From Bacteroidota bacterium (GTDB lineage: Bacteria; Bacteroidota; Bacteroidia; Chitinophagales; Chitinophagaceae), in the NCBI GenBank assembly GCA_003175695.1, contig PSRA01000238.1, positions 906-64,905 on the forward strand: DNA of 64,000 nt, read 5' to 3'. Below are positions 39,503 through 48,704 of the stretch, piece after piece. Each line of letters starts with the position of its first letter. Position 1 is the stretch's first letter. The position numbers and the translations under genes were made by a program. Below the pieces are notes generated by a model. The model did no database searches and was not told where the DNA came from. It saw nothing but the letters and a program-made list of their open reading frames with translations.

Positions 39503-40762
39503 ATGAAGGAAAAATTGTCGAATTTATCAGAGACGTTGATTGGTTCAGAGATTGTTAAGCTCGGAGGAGATATCCGGGAGAAAATCCGGATGGGAGAAAA
39601 GATCTATAATTTCACAGTGGGTGATTTCGATCCAAATATTTTTCCAATTCCAAAAGCATTGGAAAACGAAATCGTTGAAGCTTACCGAAAGCATTTCACA
39701 AATTATCCTGCAGCAGAAGGAAACCTTGATCTCCGCCAATCTATTTCTTCCTTCCTGAAAGAAAGGGAGCAGTTGGATTATTCACCGGAAGAAATCCTGG
39801 TGGCCAGCGGCGGAAGACCCCTGATCTATTCGCTCTTCAGAGCTGTCGCAGACAAGGGCGACAAAATCATTTATGCTGTTCCGTCCTGGAATAATAATCA
39901 CTACACACATTTTGTAGAAGGAGAGCATGTGGTAATTGATACTACCGTAGAAAATCATTTCATGCCGAAGGCCGAAGACATGCAAAAGCACATGAAGGGT
40001 GCAACTTTGGTTTGTCTTTGTTCTCCCCAAAATCCAACAGGCACTACCATCAGCAAGGAAGACCTTGAATCTATTTGTGATATGGTGTTGGAAGAAAACG
40101 CAAGGCGGGTTGGAAAAAGCAAAAAGCTTTACTTGATGTATGATCAGATGTACTGGCACCTCACGTATGGGAAGACTAAGCACTACAATCCTGTCAGCTT
40201 AAGACCTGCCATGCGACCTTATACCATTTATATTGACGCCATCAGTAAGGTATTTGCTGCTACGGGCGTCCGCGTAGGATGGGCATTTGGTCCAACTTAT
40301 GTGATCAATAAGATGAAGGCCCTACTCACGCATATCGGCGCCTGGAGTCCCATGGCGGAACAAAAAGCAACCGCAAAGTTTCTATTGGAAAGAAAACAAA
40401 TTGACGAATTCCTGGATCATTTTAAAAAAGAATTGGAAGAAAGACTGCAGTCAATTCACGAGGGATTCATGGCATTGAAAAAAGATGGTTTTCCTGTCGA
40501 TTCCATTTCCCCCCAGGCAGCCATTTATCTGACTGTTAAAATTGATCTGACAGGAAAGAAAACCGAACAAGGCCGGCTATTAGAAAACCAACCAGATGTC
40601 ACTTCCTATATTCTTGATGATGCCAAATTAGCTCTTGTGCCCTTTTCCGTTTTTGGCGCAAGGAATTCTCCCTGGTACAGACTCAGTGTAGGTACCTGCC
40701 ACAAAGAAGAGATACCATCTATGTTTAGGCAATTGAGGCATTCTTTACTGAAACTTTCGTGA
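39503..40762 (+). CDS. Class I/II PLP-dependent aminotransferase (aspartate aminotransferase-like)
   Basis: CSPQNPTG, YDQMY, DAISKVFAATGVRVGW, YRLSVG. Confidence 0.9.
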   Translation: MKEKLSNLSETLIGSEIVKLGGDIREKIRMGEKIYNFTVGDFDPNIFPIPKALENEIVEAYRKHFTNYPAAEGNLDLRQSISSFLKEREQLDYSPEEILVASGGRPLIYSLFRAVADKGDKIIYAVPSWNNNHYTHFVEGEHVVIDTTVENHFMPKAEDMQKHMKGATLVCLCSPQNPTGTTISKEDLESICDMVLEENARRVGKSKKLYLMYDQMYWHLTYGKTKHYNPVSLRPAMRPYTIYIDAISKVFAATGVRVGWAFGPTYVINKMKALLTHIGAWSPMAEQKATAKFLLERKQIDEFLDHFKKELEERLQSIHEGFMALKKDGFPVDSISPQAAIYLTVKIDLTGKKTEQGRLLENQPDVTSYILDDAKLALVPFSVFGARNSPWYRLSVGTCHKEEIPSMFRQLRHSLLKLS

Positions 40763-40842
40763 TATAGAGAAAAATCTGTGTTAACCTACTGTTTTCCTCA
40801 CTCTACATTTCCACTTTTTGCAGGTTTTTCTTACATTGAGAT

Positions 40843-41124
40843 ATGAATTTTGTCCATCTGCGATCCTTCGATAATTATGTCAATGCGAATATCCAACTCG
40901 GCATGTTACAGGACGAGGGTATCAATTGCCACCTGCAGGACGAATACACTATCACCATCGATCCTCTTCTCAGCAATGCCATTGGAGGCATGAAATTAAT
41001 GGTGTATGAATCCCAGGTACAACGAGCGATGAGATTGTTGGAAAAAGTGGATGGAAATAATTTGGAGTCTGAAGCCGAGGGCCGGGAGTTAGCGCGAGAA
41101 ATTGATCGATTTGCAAACGGTTAA
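40843..41124 (+). CDS. DUF2007 domain (putative signal-transducing) protein
   Basis: A.I..GML..EGI.C.LQDE...AIGGMKLMV pattern. Confidence 0.8.
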   Translation: MNFVHLRSFDNYVNANIQLGMLQDEGINCHLQDEYTITIDPLLSNAIGGMKLMVYESQVQRAMRLLEKVDGNNLESEAEGRELAREIDRFANG

Positions 41125-41254
41125 TAACAATTGGTTGATCGGTTATTCCTTAGAAAAAAATCGAAAATACCCAAAACTCAACAATATTGGTAACTCATAG
41201 CTGTTGAGTGAAAACCCCGGACTCGTGACTCCTGACTAGAAATATGCTTGCCCC

Positions 41255-42109
41255 ATGGATAAGATCATCCATTTTTTTGAGAACATTGAATCCTGGCAGA
41301 GAACAGTACTGGTGGTCGGAGGGATAGTATTATTTTGGTTAGTTGAAAGTGCCTACCCATTGTTTCACTACCGTTATAATAAAGTGAAACATGCAGGATT
41401 GAATTTCTTCTTTACACTGACCACATTAATTGTAAATTTTGTCTTTGCCTTTTTGATCGTAAAGGCGAGTGACTATGCTTACCAGCACCAATTGGGAATT
41501 TTGAATCTCGTCCGGTTGCCCCTTTGGCTATATATCCTGGCCGGCATGATGATCCTGGATTTCATCAGCTCGTGGCTGATTCATTGGATCCAGCACAAGA
41601 TCAAGTGGATGTGGAAATTCCACCTGATTCACCACAGCGATACCTGGGTGGATACCACCACCTCCACCCGACATCATCCCATGGAAAGCATTTTCAGAGC
41701 TGCATTTACGTTGCTTGCAGTTTTGTTAGCGGGAGTACCTATTTGGTTGCTCTTTTTTTACCAATTCCTGTCCGTTCTGTTGTCGCAATTGAATCATGCC
41801 AACTTTTCATTTCCGAAATGGTTGGATAATGCGCTCGGTTGGATTATCGTAACTCCTGACATGCACAAAGTCCATCATCACAATGTTCAACCGTTGACCG
41901 ATACCAATTATGGTAATATCTTTTCCATTTGGGACCGTATATTTGGCACCTATGCCTATGTAAAGGATGTCAAGACGCTGCAATATGGAATAGACACTTA
42001 CCCGGAAGAAAAAGAAAACAATTCACTTGGAAAACTATTGAAAATTCCATTTGAAGAATATCGCGCCCCAGCGGGCTCGAAATTCAGTAACTCTAATTCA
42101 AAAGAATGA
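41255..42109 (+). CDS. Sterol desaturase / fatty acid hydroxylase family protein
   Basis: His boxes HWIQH, HLIHHSD, RHHP, HKVHHH and TNYGNIFSIWDRIFGT. Confidence 0.92.
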   Translation: MDKIIHFFENIESWQRTVLVVGGIVLFWLVESAYPLFHYRYNKVKHAGLNFFFTLTTLIVNFVFAFLIVKASDYAYQHQLGILNLVRLPLWLYILAGMMILDFISSWLIHWIQHKIKWMWKFHLIHHSDTWVDTTTSTRHHPMESIFRAAFTLLAVLLAGVPIWLLFFYQFLSVLLSQLNHANFSFPKWLDNALGWIIVTPDMHKVHHHNVQPLTDTNYGNIFSIWDRIFGTYAYVKDVKTLQYGIDTYPEEKENNSLGKLLKIPFEEYRAPAGSKFSNSNSKE

Positions 42110-43212
42110 AACCCCTGCCATGTAATCGCTTTTTATTTTTAGTGTTTCTAATCCCCCTATTTTCTAAATCTCAAAATTTTCTTCACATCGCAGATTCGAT
42201 TCGCATCACCAGGGGAATTCCAAGTATTGCATACGCAGTATTTACGAGCGACAGTATTTTGGAAGAAGGAGTATGCGGATTCAGACGTTACAAAACAAAA
42301 GATAGTGTTCGCCTGCATGACCGATTTAACATTGGCACCAACACAGCTGCTTTCACATCTTATGTAGCCGCTAACCTGGTAAAGAGTGGAAAGATAAAAT
42401 GGGATACAAAATTGCTTGACGTTTTTCCAGAGTACAAGAGTCGGGCCTTACCAGTCTACAAAAACATTACTCTTGCGGGATTACTTTCTAACCAAACACG
42501 TGTTCCTCTTTATGCATCGTTAGATGATTGGTTTAAACTGCCTGATTTTACAGGCAACTCCATGTCTGCGAAAAGGAAAAGCTTTACTCTGTTCATACTG
42601 GAACAGAAACCCTATATGGATAATGCAGTTACGAAAGACCTTGTCTTTTCCTATGCCGGCTATGTTATGGCAGCTGCCATGCTTGAAAAAGTGTCTCACA
42701 AGAAATGGGAAAACCTGGTGGAGGAATATATAAATCAGCCAATGAAAATTTCTGTAAAATTCGGTTGGCCAATAATGGATGATACAGCGGCAACTTATGG
42801 TCATTGGTCGCAAGGCAACTACTTTCATTCCGAAGATCTAAATACATGGATCAAGCCGAACGATGTTATGTACCCGGCACATAATATCAATCTCAGTCTC
42901 CCCGATTATGTTCGATTCATGCAAGAGCACCTGCGAGGGCTTACTGGCAGGAAAGCTGCATTGGATCAACAAACATTCCAATACATGCATTTCGGTATCC
43001 TGGATTTTTCGATGGGATGGAATAATGGGAGCTTGCACGATTATTCGTACTCATTCCACGAAGGGATGTCCTTGCTCTTTGATTCCAGGGCAGAAATCAT
43101 CAAAGAAAAAAACCTGGGCATAATAGTTATGTGCAATTCCGGGGATACGGATGGAAGGGGTGCTGTCATTAACCTGACCAGGATATTGGAAGCTCATTAC
43201 CTTTCAAATTGA
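42106..43212 (+). CDS. Beta-lactamase-fold serine hydrolase homolog, catalytic motifs degenerate
   Basis: Fold markers (GIPSIAYAV, WDTKL.DVFP, ITLAGLLS, IIVMCN), but SxxK reads TNTA and YxN reads FSY. Confidence 0.8.
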   Translation: MKPLPCNRFLFLVFLIPLFSKSQNFLHIADSIRITRGIPSIAYAVFTSDSILEEGVCGFRRYKTKDSVRLHDRFNIGTNTAAFTSYVAANLVKSGKIKWDTKLLDVFPEYKSRALPVYKNITLAGLLSNQTRVPLYASLDDWFKLPDFTGNSMSAKRKSFTLFILEQKPYMDNAVTKDLVFSYAGYVMAAAMLEKVSHKKWENLVEEYINQPMKISVKFGWPIMDDTAATYGHWSQGNYFHSEDLNTWIKPNDVMYPAHNINLSLPDYVRFMQEHLRGLTGRKAALDQQTFQYMHFGILDFSMGWNNGSLHDYSYSFHEGMSLLFDSRAEIIKEKNLGIIVMCNSGDTDGRGAVINLTRILEAHYLSN

Positions 43213-43221
43213 TTGAGAATA

Positions 43222-44190
43222 TTATTGCTGTTGTTGCTGCTGCATCATCTCCAAATACTTCCTGTAAGAATTTTGCTGACTATCATTCCCATTCCTGGCT
43301 GGTTGTGGCGTGAGCACAGTCTTTTGTTCTTCCGAGGTCCTTCCGTCTTCATAAGCAACGGACACCCCTACTTCCAAAACGTGGTCAGAGATCCCTTTGT
43401 AGGTTCCTTTGACAGGAGAACAATCACTGAAATTTCTTCCTACTGCCAGCCTTACATGTAAAACATCTGCAAGGCAATTATTCGTGGGATCCACACCCAA
43501 CCAGCCATAGTGAGGGATATATGCTTCTACCCAGGCATGCGTTGCGCTTTCTCCCCGCATTCCATTCTTGTTTGGACAAATGTATCCACTCACATAACGA
43601 GCGGGAATTTGCAGAATCCTTAACATGACAAGAAGCATGTGAGCAAAATCCTGGCAGACGCCGGCTTTCAATTTCCAAACTTCGTCCAATGTAGTTTCAA
43701 CCGATGTGATGCCTTTGATATACTTGAAATTGTTGTAAACGTATTCTGAAATTCTTTTTACTGATTCCAAAGGCGTGCATTGCTCACATTGTTGTTCGTT
43801 CAATATCCCGATCACATCATGCAACGCTTCAAATTGTTCCTGGTTCAGGAAATCGATATAAGGTACCTGGTAACGTAGGGACCTTAAATATTTCCATTGA
43901 TCTTCTGGGGGGGATTCATCTTGCGGCCATGTTTTTTTGTAGGTGATCACTTCCAGTCGTGAATCAATCACGAGTCTGCTATGCGATTCAGCTTGTGTAA
44001 AAGAACCGATTTCATTTCCATAATAATCTTTGTATATCTCCAGGCTGGGATCACCGCTGATTGTTATTTCCTGCCTCAATACATCCTGGAATTCGTCTTT
44101 AATCGGAAAGAGAATGATTTGGTTGGCACTGTCTGTCACCGGCGCCTGGTACGTGTAGCTGGTTACATGATGAATCTTAAATCTGGGCAT
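43222..44190 (-). CDS. Bacterial transglutaminase-like protein with C-terminal poly-Gln
   Basis: N-terminal IHHVTSYTY; catalytic GVCQDFAH, HAWVE and GVDPTN; ends EMMQQQQQQ. Confidence 0.93.
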   Translation of the reverse strand: MPRFKIHHVTSYTYQAPVTDSANQIILFPIKDEFQDVLRQEITISGDPSLEIYKDYYGNEIGSFTQAESHSRLVIDSRLEVITYKKTWPQDESPPEDQWKYLRSLRYQVPYIDFLNQEQFEALHDVIGILNEQQCEQCTPLESVKRISEYVYNNFKYIKGITSVETTLDEVWKLKAGVCQDFAHMLLVMLRILQIPARYVSGYICPNKNGMRGESATHAWVEAYIPHYGWLGVDPTNNCLADVLHVRLAVGRNFSDCSPVKGTYKGISDHVLEVGVSVAYEDGRTSEEQKTVLTPQPARNGNDSQQNSYRKYLEMMQQQQQQ

Positions 44191-44303
44191 ACCGAATCTC
44201 GATTTTTGTTTAGGGAAAGGATGCAGGTTCCGGATGGCAATTTACAAGATTCAAGAGAGAACCTGTTCATAACTCCAAACAGTACACTGGCCATTTCATT
44301 TGT

Positions 44304-45236
44304 TTATACGTGACCAAAATAATAATGATTTAAAGCATTTCCGACATCATAGACATCCTCCTTCACTTCATTCAGAAATGGATGAAGACTTTGCTTCATG
44401 ATATTCTCCACCGATGAATATTTTATCTTACTCTGTATCTTTCCGATCATGAATTCAATTTTATTGTGAGCATCCAGATTCTTATCGCTCTTGAGCCGCG
44501 AAAAATACCTGTGTAGTTGCGAAATCGAATAAACGACTGACCTTGGAAAATCAGGATTCAGTACAGTTTGCTCCACTACATACTTCACATCAAATCCTCC
44601 CCTGTACGTTTTCAAGTAAAGTTCATATCCTGAAATCGAGAGAAGCAAATATCTCCAATATGTGGTATCCATTCTTGCGAAATCATAATTGACGTCTCCA
44701 AATTTCACTTGCAGGATATCAGCGGTCTGAACGCATCTCTCAAGAAATTTTCCAATATTGATGAATGCATATCCTTCGCCTCTTGCCATAGTGATTTCAA
44801 TGGTACCATAGTACAGGACGCCTTGTTTGATCAGTTCATCCAGTACCGTTATTGGATCCTCGCGGTTGAGTGCCTGCAGCAAATGTTCCTCGCGAACAGC
44901 ATGATAATAGTCATTGAGACATTGCCACAGCTCTTTGGTAATATGATCCTGTACGCTTCTTGCATTTTCTCTTGCATGTGTGACTATATTGACGACTGAG
45001 TTGGGATTATCGCGGTCAGTTACCATGAATTGGAGCGCAGCTCTCGAATGATGAGCAATGAGGTTGGCCTTTTCCTCATCCAGGTAAGTGAAAATTCGCA
45101 GGACTGGTTTCCAGGAAAATTCCTGCACGTCTTCCTGAGAAGAAGCGTAATTGATTTTGAGCATCCTTAGAATCCCATCCGCACGTTCAATGTATCTACT
45201 CATCCAATATAAACTATCCGCCACGCGGCTTAACAT
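44304..45236 (-). CDS. Alpha-E domain protein
   Basis: MLSRVADSLYWMSRYIERAD, ARENAR, GKFLER, FPRSV. Confidence 0.93.
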   Translation of the reverse strand: MLSRVADSLYWMSRYIERADGILRMLKINYASSQEDVQEFSWKPVLRIFTYLDEEKANLIAHHSRAALQFMVTDRDNPNSVVNIVTHARENARSVQDHITKELWQCLNDYYHAVREEHLLQALNREDPITVLDELIKQGVLYYGTIEITMARGEGYAFINIGKFLERCVQTADILQVKFGDVNYDFARMDTTYWRYLLLSISGYELYLKTYRGGFDVKYVVEQTVLNPDFPRSVVYSISQLHRYFSRLKSDKNLDAHNKIEFMIGKIQSKIKYSSVENIMKQSLHPFLNEVKEDVYDVGNALNHYYFGHV

Positions 45237-45299
45237 GTCCAGGTGTTATTTTGATTTTTCAAAAAAGCAGTTATTGAGCTCCATCTTGTTTTCACAAAA

Positions 45300-46748
45300 C
45301 TAAATAGCCAAAACCCAGGTATCCTTACTGCCACCACCTTGGGATGAATTCACAACGAGCGAACCTTGTTTTAGTGCAACACGTGTAAGACCGCCTGGGA
45401 CAATCTGAATGCCCTGCGGACCATATAAAGCATAGGGTCGTAAATCAACCCGTCTCGGCTGCAATCGTCCATTCATATAGCAAGGCGCAGAAGACAGACT
45501 GATGATTGGCTGAGCAATGTATTGCCTGGGATCTTTCAATATTTGTGTCCTGTATTTAAAAATTTCCTCATCACTGGCAGTATGCCCCATCAACATCCCA
45601 TATCCTCCACTTTCATTTGTTTTCTTGACGACCATGTCATGCATGTTTGCAAAAACATATTCGCGTTCATCCGCATTACTGAGCTGGTAAGTCGGAATAC
45701 TTTTTAGGATGGGTTCTTCATTCAGATAATATTTGATCATTGCGGGAACATAACTGTAAACAGCTTTATCGTCTCCCACCCCATTGCCAAGTGCATTTAC
45801 AATCGCGACATTCCCTTTTCTATAAGCGCCCATAATACCGGCAACTCCTAACATGCTCGAAGGATTGAACATAAGTGGATCCAGAAAATCATCATCCACT
45901 CTTCTGTATATGACATCCACCTGCTGAGGACCTGCGGTGGTTTTCATGTAAACCCGATGATTATTAACAACGAGATCCCTGCCTTCCACCAGCTCTACGC
46001 CCATCAGGCGAGCGAGGGTAGTGTGCTCAAAATAGGCCGAATTGTAGATGCCTGGCGTTAGAACGACGATGGTTGGATTGGTGTTATTTCTGGGTGAAAG
46101 ACTCACCAGGTTTTTGTGAAGAATATTTGGATACTCAGTAACGGTCCGTACACTATTCCTTGGCAACAAATCTGGAAAAATCCGCTTGGTGATTTCCCTA
46201 TTCTCTAACATATAACTCACGCCACTGGGTGTACGCAAATTGTCTTCGAGGACGTAGAAATAACCGTCATTGTTCCTAATCAAGTCGATTCCGGCAATAT
46301 GCACGTAAATATCATAAGGCACAGGAAATCCATGCATTTCTCTTAAATAGTGTGGACAACTGTATACCATTTCAACAGGCACCACTCCATCCTTCAGGAT
46401 AAATTGATCAGAATAAACATCTTTCAGAAAAAGGTTGAGTGCCTTCAATCGCTGTTTGATGCCCCGTTCGATGTAATTCCATTCCTGAGATGTAATGATT
46501 CGGGGAATTATATCGAATGGAAAAATCTTTTCTATGCCTTCCCCACTGCCATAGACTGTGAAAGTGATACCCTGGCTCATAAACAGTCCTCTGGCCATTT
46601 CTTCTTTCTTATTCAGCTCTTCAATTGTAAGTCCTTCCATGAAATTGACAACGCCTCGATACTGGTCGCGTACGGCGGACTCTTTATACATTTCATCCCA
46701 AGTATTGCCATCCACTTCATAAGAATGAAGCAGTTCTCTGGTTTGCAT
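45300..46748 (-). CDS. Circularly permuted type 2 ATP-grasp protein
   Basis: GITFTVY, FPFDIIPR, LEDNLRTPSGVSY, YRRVDDDFLDP, VVNSSQGGGSKDTWVL. Confidence 0.94.
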   Translation of the reverse strand: MQTRELLHSYEVDGNTWDEMYKESAVRDQYRGVVNFMEGLTIEELNKKEEMARGLFMSQGITFTVYGSGEGIEKIFPFDIIPRIITSQEWNYIERGIKQRLKALNLFLKDVYSDQFILKDGVVPVEMVYSCPHYLREMHGFPVPYDIYVHIAGIDLIRNNDGYFYVLEDNLRTPSGVSYMLENREITKRIFPDLLPRNSVRTVTEYPNILHKNLVSLSPRNNTNPTIVVLTPGIYNSAYFEHTTLARLMGVELVEGRDLVVNNHRVYMKTTAGPQQVDVIYRRVDDDFLDPLMFNPSSMLGVAGIMGAYRKGNVAIVNALGNGVGDDKAVYSYVPAMIKYYLNEEPILKSIPTYQLSNADEREYVFANMHDMVVKKTNESGGYGMLMGHTASDEEIFKYRTQILKDPRQYIAQPIISLSSAPCYMNGRLQPRRVDLRPYALYGPQGIQIVPGGLTRVALKQGSLVVNSSQGGGSKDTWVLAI

Positions 46749-46958
46749 GTCAGTTAATAAATTTGGAAGTAACCATTGATGGCAGGCATCCACAAATTAA
46801 CATGAATTGATCAGAATTCCATGAATTTTTTGGCCGCTTTTTCCGGACTCGGATCGATTTGAGGAATTATTATGCAAGGAATACTATGAATAGTTTTTCT
46901 CATGTATAATTCACCTAATTCATTTATTTTGTATCACATTCAAGATAATATTTTGCTG

Positions 46959-47693
46959 ATGAAGTGTATTGCCATGATTCCCGCCCGTTATGCCGCCACC
47001 CGGTTTCCTGCCAAGCTGATGCAGAAATTAGGAGACAAGACTGTGATCCATCATACATACGACAATACGGTTGCGACGGGACTATTTGACGAAGTGATGG
47101 TTGTCACTGACAGCGATGTCATCTATAATGAAATCGCAGGCCATGGCGGTAAAGCTCGCAAGAGCAGAAAGGAGCATGAAAGCGGTAGCGACCGAATCGC
47201 AGAAGCCGTTGAAGACATGGATGTAGATATTGTGGTGAATGTGCAAGGTGATGAACCATTCGTTCAGAAAAAACCACTTGCCAGCCTAATTGAAGTTTTC
47301 TCAAGTGAGAATGGCCAGCAAGTGCAAGTGGCGTCTTTGATGCAGGCATTGAAAGATCCAAAATATATTGAGGATCCCAATTACGTCAAAGTAGCGGTTG
47401 ACCTGAATATGAATGCATTGTTCTTCAGCAGAAGTGCCATTCCTTATCCAAGAAATATGAACATACCTGTAGTTTATTACGAACATATAGGTGTATATGC
47501 CTTTCGCAAACAGGCTCTCTTAAACTTTACCCGCTGGCCTATGACGCCGCTGGAGTCAACAGAAAAAATTGAGTGTCTCCGTTACCTGGAGCATGGGGTT
47601 TCGCTGAGAATGGTGGTAACTGATTATATGGGAGTGGAAATTGACACACCGGAAGACTTGCAACGGGCTGAAAAACTCTTGCAGCAGTTCTGA
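46959..47693 (+). CDS. kdsB: 3-deoxy-manno-octulosonate cytidylyltransferase
   Basis: IPARYAATRFPAK, HESGSDRIAEA, NVQGDEP, ALFFSRS.IP, HIGVYAF, IDTPEDL. Confidence 0.95.
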   Translation: MKCIAMIPARYAATRFPAKLMQKLGDKTVIHHTYDNTVATGLFDEVMVVTDSDVIYNEIAGHGGKARKSRKEHESGSDRIAEAVEDMDVDIVVNVQGDEPFVQKKPLASLIEVFSSENGQQVQVASLMQALKDPKYIEDPNYVKVAVDLNMNALFFSRSAIPYPRNMNIPVVYYEHIGVYAFRKQALLNFTRWPMTPLESTEKIECLRYLEHGVSLRMVVTDYMGVEIDTPEDLQRAEKLLQQF

Positions 47694-47781
47694 AGAATTG
47701 CAGCCGATAGAAAAACTAGCATTGACTACTTTGGCATCGGATTTAGACCCTGTCATTTTCGTAATCATATAAATTTCTTTT

Positions 47782-48693
47782 ATGCGGCATCCATTGTGGG
47801 GAATTGATCTTGGAGGAACCAAGATTGAAGGCGTTATTCTGCCCTCCATCTCAAATCCCAAACCTTTGCTTAGGACCAGGATTGACACGGAAGCTTCACA
47901 AGGATATCATCATATTGTCAACCAGATCGTGAAACTGGTCGACCAAATGAAGCATGAATCGGGTTTGAGTCCGGATCGAATAGGTTTTGGTACGCCGGGT
48001 GTGCTGGACCCGGTTCTGCAAACGATGAAAAATTGCAACAGCACGGCCCTTAACGGTATGCCGCTTAAAGCCAACCTGGAAGAAAAATTAAAAATTCCTG
48101 TAGTCCTTGCCAACGATGCAAATTGTTTTGCACTAGCAGAAACGCATTGGGGAGCAGTAAAAGAAAAAACGCCAAATGCAATAATGGTTTTTGGAATCAT
48201 TATGGGAACGGGGGTAGGCGGAGGAATTGTGGCAAACGGCAAGATCTGGGAAGGCTGTCATGGCATCGCAGGAGAATGGGGTCATAACTTCCTGGATGAG
48301 TCAGGTGGTCCCTGTTATTGTGGCAAATCCGGTTGCGTAGAAACAATTATCTCAGGACCCGCACTGGAAAGATTTTATGAACGAATTTCCGGCAAGAAGA
48401 TCCGGTTAAAGGAAATTGTGTCGAGGCATCACCAGGGCACTGATGAGTTGGCAACAAGAACAATTGATCGTCTTTGTCATTTTTTCGGTAAGGCTGTTTC
48501 GGTTGTCACGAACCTCTTAGACCCAGATGTTTTTGTTATCGGCGGAGGCGTGGGTAATATCGATGCACTCTATAGCGAAGGGTTGCTTTCGCTAAAACAA
48601 TTCATCTTTAACAACAGAGTGGATGTTCCCATCATTAAACCTAACCTCGGCGACAGCGCGGGTGTTTTTGGTGCTGCTGCGTTGGTTGACTAA
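47782..48693 (+). CDS. ROK family sugar kinase (fructokinase-like)
   Basis: GIDLGGTKIE, ANDANCFALAE, GTGVGGG, AGEWGH, CYCGKSGC.E; no HTH. Confidence 0.9.
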   Translation: MRHPLWGIDLGGTKIEGVILPSISNPKPLLRTRIDTEASQGYHHIVNQIVKLVDQMKHESGLSPDRIGFGTPGVLDPVLQTMKNCNSTALNGMPLKANLEEKLKIPVVLANDANCFALAETHWGAVKEKTPNAIMVFGIIMGTGVGGGIVANGKIWEGCHGIAGEWGHNFLDESGGPCYCGKSGCVETIISGPALERFYERISGKKIRLKEIVSRHHQGTDELATRTIDRLCHFFGKAVSVVTNLLDPDVFVIGGGVGNIDALYSEGLLSLKQFIFNNRVDVPIIKPNLGDSAGVFGAAALVD

Positions 48694-48704
48694 ACCTGCA
48701 ATCC

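Noticed and set aside
42106-43212. Functional beta-lactamase resistance gene
   Set aside because: The catalytic SxxK and YxN motifs are absent.
43213-43461. Plus-strand ORF starting MRILLLLLLL as a signal-peptide protein
   Set aside because: The Leu run is the antisense reading of the poly-Gln codons of the transglutaminase.
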